A program made the translations under genes and the position numbers. The notes beneath the pieces were generated by a model that was not told the origin of the DNA, did not search any database, and saw nothing but the letters and a program-made list of their open reading frames with translations. DNA of 63,510 nt, filler included, from Collodictyon triciliatum (lineage: Eukaryota): NCBI GenBank assembly GCA_043381765.1. It is 5 parts of 5 records of this genome, joined end to end, with 100 filler letters (N's around TTAATTAATTAA, not from the genome) between each part and the next. Parts side by side here need not be neighbours in the genome. Positions count along the whole stretch, not along the records: positions 52,600 to 60,466 come from JBHJMP010001574.1; positions 60,567 to 63,510 come from JBHJMP010001610.1; 3 more parts are not named here. One strand, written 5' to 3'. Shown here piece after piece: positions 59,025 to 63,510 of this stretch. Every line of letters begins with the position of its first letter. Positions within the stretch are counted from its first letter, which is position 1.

Positions 59025-60566
59025 TACATAGCTTACAACAAAAAAAGGGTTGCTTATAATTGTCTTCGAAAAGGCCGATGTTGTCTTGCAGATGATACGA
59101 TGAGAACAATTGCCTATTTTGAAAAAAAAGTTATCACAATATAGAGGGAAAATGCAGCGTTCACCAGCAGGGGCAGACAAGGTTACGTACAAGGTTGATG
59201 CAAGGCATCTTAGTTTGTTTATACAAAGAGGAAAAGGACATGTAACACAGCATCCTCCTAGACCAGCCTCTGCTTTTGACCCACTCGTTTAATTTTCTGC
59301 AAGTGAACGAGCGGAAGTGTCCTTCGTCTTTGCTTACAAAGCATTTTGATATTTCGGCAGAAAAGCATAAGATGTATGCAAGAAGCAGCAAGCAGGCAAA
59401 TGAACAAGAGTTCATCCAAAAAAAAGGTTTCGGGTGTGTCGTTCTGCTCAAGCAACAATGGACGCAATAATCGCGGTGCTCTGGTAGGTTTTCACTGGCG
59501 TGGTAGAACACATTTACCGCAAGATTCCAGAAAAAGCAGAAAACAAAATCTAGACGTGGTGCACATTTGCCAAATTCGTCACACTTGAAACCCACCCCAG
59601 CAAATTGCATTTATGAATTCCTGTTGTTTCATGTTCGCCACACAATGAGCCATAGAGAGACGTCGAATATCTACATTGTATTTGTCTTTCTGTCATTGTT
59701 ATGACGGGTAAGGGGCGGATATTAGCTCAGATTTGCCCTTATGCTGTGGCAAAGTTGGGATAATTCAAAAGGATTGGACGAGTTTGCACATTTTCCATTA
59801 ATGTTTTTCCAATTAGCGGTAAAACCAGTCAAAACCTTCACTTTTCCCACATTATTTTTCGCTTTTTATCTTTTGAAAATTTATTGGGGCAATCAAAGCC
59901 CCTAATTACTCTAAAATTGGAGCAAGAATGAAGTAACGAATAGCGAGAAATTCCAGAATTAGTGTGCTTTCTTGTCCTTGGATTTTGAGGCAGCCACCAC
60001 TCCGCTCATTTAGGTAGCCGAAGCTTTTAGCCCCATTTTTTTCTTGTCCCTCCTTCATGTTTCCTATGATTTTTTTTTATTTAATTGTTTGTGGTATTGT
60101 GGTCTTATCACATGTATAATGTTGAGGCGATTACACCATATAAATGCCTACACAACAAAATTTAGTAGGAAAGCCAAAATTCACTCGTGCTTTTTTCCTT
60201 CAACAAGCAGCACATAATCGCTCAAAGTCCCGAGACTAAGACAGATCGGTAGAAGGAGGCGTACCACCACCGACGCCAAGGAGATGATATTGACAAAGTC
60301 ACACAGGCTGAAGAATCGGCACTAACCGCCGGCACAATCTATCCAGCCGAATCTATACTAATGGCGTTCATAATTTTTTTCTATTACTGCAAAAAAACAA
60401 AAAAACAAAAAAACAAAAAACAAAAAACAAAAAACAAAAAACAAAAAACAAAAAACAAAAAACAAANNNNNNNNNNNNNNNNNNNNNNNNNNNNNNNNNN
60501 NNNNNNNNNNTTAATTAATTAANNNNNNNNNNNNNNNNNNNNNNNNNNNNNNNNNNNNNNNNNNNN

Positions 60567-60740
60567 AAAAAAAAACCCCCAAAAAAAAAAACCCAAAAAA
60601 AAAAAACCCCAAAAAAAAAACCCCAATAAAAAAAACCCCAATAAAAAAAACCCCAATAAAAAAAACCCCAATAAAAAAACCCAAATAAAAAAACCCCAAA
60701 TAAAAAAAAACCCCAAAAAAAAAAACCCCAAAAAACCCAA
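60567..60740. repeat. (A7-9 C4 AAT)-type low-complexity tandem repeat at a contig start
   Basis: About 12 degenerate 13-14-nt units. Confidence 0.85.
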
Positions 60741-60797
60741 AACTCCAAATATTCTGAAAAGCAACAAAATAGCATAAACCAATTTTAGAGGCAAAAA

Positions 60798-63417
60798 ATG
60801 CTCCGTGACTTGGTCAAAATCAGCCATGAGCAAGCAGGCGCCAACGTGGAGGACACAACGACATGGGACATGATTTCCATCGGTGAGCTCACTGAAGAAT
60901 CTATGATGCGCACTCTCCAAGAGCGTTTTGCCCGCGATCTTATTTACGTGAGTCTATGTGCGAACATATATGATTTTTATGCCTTTACTAAGACCAATTA
61001 TTTATTTATTTATTTATTTGTTTTATACCATAATTAAAATTTCTTTACTATTCTCACTTTTCTCAACTTTAATATTCGATTCCTCTTCGAATCCTTTTTT
61101 TCATAAGTTTTCAATTTTCATGTATATCCAGGTATTAATTTCGAGACAGTAACTTATTAGACTTGAACAGAAACCGTTTATATTTCGCGTGTGCTGATTG
61201 ATTTCTTTTCCTAGTACTAAACAATTCAAATCTGACAAATGCAGACCTATTCCGGCTCAATCCTTGTTTCTGTGAATCCATACAAGCTACTTCCGTATTA
61301 TTCAGCGGATGCCATGAGGATTTACAGGAAGCAGCGCCCAGAAGAATTGCCCCCTCATCTTTTTGCCATGGCTGAAAATGCATATCGCAAGTTATGCACA
61401 GAATCAAGAAATCAATCTATCATCATCAGGTAAGGTTGATTATTGGCCAGCAGATTATATTTGTGAAGCGGAATTGCGAAACAAGATAATCACCATTTTA
61501 TTTATTCGTACTTTAGAGATATCTTGAAGTAAGAAGTATGAAATATGTTTTTTTTTTTACAAGACTATGATAAAAACAACCAGCCCTTCATATGTTTTAT
61601 TTATTTCTAATTTATTTAATAAAACTAGTGGTGAAAGTGGCTCGGGCAAGACAGAGGCAGCCAAGGTAATTATTCAGTACCTTGCCTTTATAAACTCCAA
61701 GCATACCTGGATTGAGCAGCAGATTCTGGAGGCTAATCCGCTCCTTGAAGCATTCGGAAATGCCAAAACAATATCCAATGACAATTCCAGTAGATTTGTG
61801 AGTCATTCAGTTTGACATAGCAAAAAGATACATACATTTTTGATGCTCATACATATATTTGGCGAATAATCTATTCCTTTTGATATATCTTACCAAAATC
61901 TGTATTCCTCCCAGGGAAAGCTTGTCCAAATATTCTTTAACCGAGAGGGACACATATGCGGAGCGAAAATCGAAAGATGTAAGTCTGACTAAAATTTACA
62001 TTCTAAACCATTTTTGAGCCATGAATACAACGACAGTATAATTTTACTGAGTTGCATGTTTCATTTGGTTTACTAAATCTGGTATCATAATCCACAAGAT
62101 CTTCTTGAAAAGGTTTGCATGGCTAATTTGGCAGATCTGTCTTCTTATTCCCCTCCCCTCACACTACACATGATTCAGTTTTCATCTGTCGCTGGGGTTT
62201 TTTCTTTTCCATAAAACATAAAACAACAAACAAACGCTTTCTTATTTTATACAACTTAGTCGAGAATCGTCTATCAAAATCCTGGGGAAAGAAACTACCA
62301 CATATTTTATCAGCTTTTAGCTGGTTCGACCCTAGAAGAAAGAGGTTTTCTCACATTCTAGATTGATTTCAATAATACATATTTTCTATGATATCCAATT
62401 ATTATTATTATTATTTGTAATAAAAGAGACTGAAATATTACATTTACATTATGAAATCATTTCACTCAACCAAATTGATCAATATCCCCAAATCGCCCTC
62501 AGCATCCTTGCACCTGGGAAAAGCAGAGGACTATGCTTATCTTAACAAGAATGGATGTTACGAGATTGATGGGATGAATGACGAAGAAGAGTTCGATATT
62601 GTCAAGGTGAATCAATAATTTGTAGTATTCTTCTTTTTAACCTTCTCATTGAACATAATTGGCGATGGTGCATGTAAAAATACTAATACAATTACAATTT
62701 AGAAAGCTCTCACAATCATGGGAATCGGCGATCAATCGACGGACATATTCCGTATTCTTGCAGCTATTCTCCATCTCGGAAATATCTCCTTCGATGAAAC
62801 CAATGGCAATGCAAGCATCAAGCAAGAAGAAGGTTTCACTAGAACTGATTTCAGTCATCCATATATCATCTAAGCGTCTTTGCCTTTTGCCCATATTTTT
62901 TTTCTTGGTGTTCAGGGATGTACATGTTTTGAACTTGTATGCATTTACTTGGGCATTTACAGCTTTGCAAGCTCTGAGCCATGCTTCCAAGCTTCTTTCC
63001 ATTCCTTCATCGTTGCTTCAAAAGTTGCTTCTGGAGCGTGAAGTGACGGCTGGAGGCGACCATGTGAAAATTTTGATTGGAGTTGACGAAGTAAGATTAC
63101 ATTCACAATTACTCTCCACGAACGGGTTATTCCTTTTCATTCCCAGTTTATTCAATCGATACCCAACAAATGCATTTGAATATCTCAACATCATTCTTAA
63201 CCATGCCAAACCAACACACCTATTATCAAAACATGATGATAACGTTTCCCGATAAAATATACAGGCAGTGGACTGTCGGGATGCTCTAGCAAAGGCACTC
63301 TATGATAGGCTCTTCAAATGGCTGGTAGATGCTATCAACAAATCTATCCTTCCTTCACTAGGCCAAACAAGTCGATACATTAGCATCCTCGACATCTTTG
63401 GATTTGAAAGCTTAGAG
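60798..63417 (+). CDS. Myosin heavy chain motor domain, 5' part; continues beyond the window; class uncertain (myosin VII/MyTH4-FERM-like)
   Basis: DM..L.E......[42 protein letters not shown] (P-loop), [29 protein letters not shown] (switch I), [41 protein letters not shown] (switch II). An upstream exon is possible. Confidence 0.95.
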
Positions 63418-63510
63418 GTTATTGATAGCATTTTTTTTTATGTGTGAATATACACCACATTAGCTGTAGTTTGTGATTACAATCTGATTTGACCTCCATT
63501 TTATTAAACT

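Noticed and set aside
59709-59741. GCGGATATTAGCTCAG, tRNA-5'-like, inside a hairpin
   Set aside because: No anticodon or T arm follows; a single short hairpin is expected by chance.

Overview
Intron-rich nuclear DNA from a eukaryote, probably a flagellated protist (it carries the ciliary genes TMEM107 and a TSNAXIP1-like gene). It is a draft scaffold with N gaps and four artificial TTAATTAATTAA contig spacers. Most six-frame ORFs are exon fragments, so the gene models below were built by splicing by hand, and the standard genetic code is sufficient. Left to right: a low-complexity exon of an unknown gene; TMEM107 with a U12-type intron; mitochondrial AFG1 ATPase; a two-repeat Myb factor; a ~10 kb gene-poor stretch; a TSNAXIP1-like gene; a ~14 kb receptor gene ([Kelch-CUB-Cys-rich]x2, TM, kinase-cyclase-kinase) whose three enzyme domains all lack catalytic residues; an EamA/WAT1-type transporter head-to-head with a tandem threonine dehydratase (inactive copy with an EF-hand-like insert, then an intact copy); a spliced nuclear lipid A disaccharide synthase (LpxB); an intronless, internally duplicated membrane protein; a syntaxin-17-like SNARE; two related LINE 3' remnants, one with a 16-bp TSD; and the 5' half of a myosin. 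Exon boundaries are manual inferences without transcript data, and family calls come from recognised motifs, not database searches.
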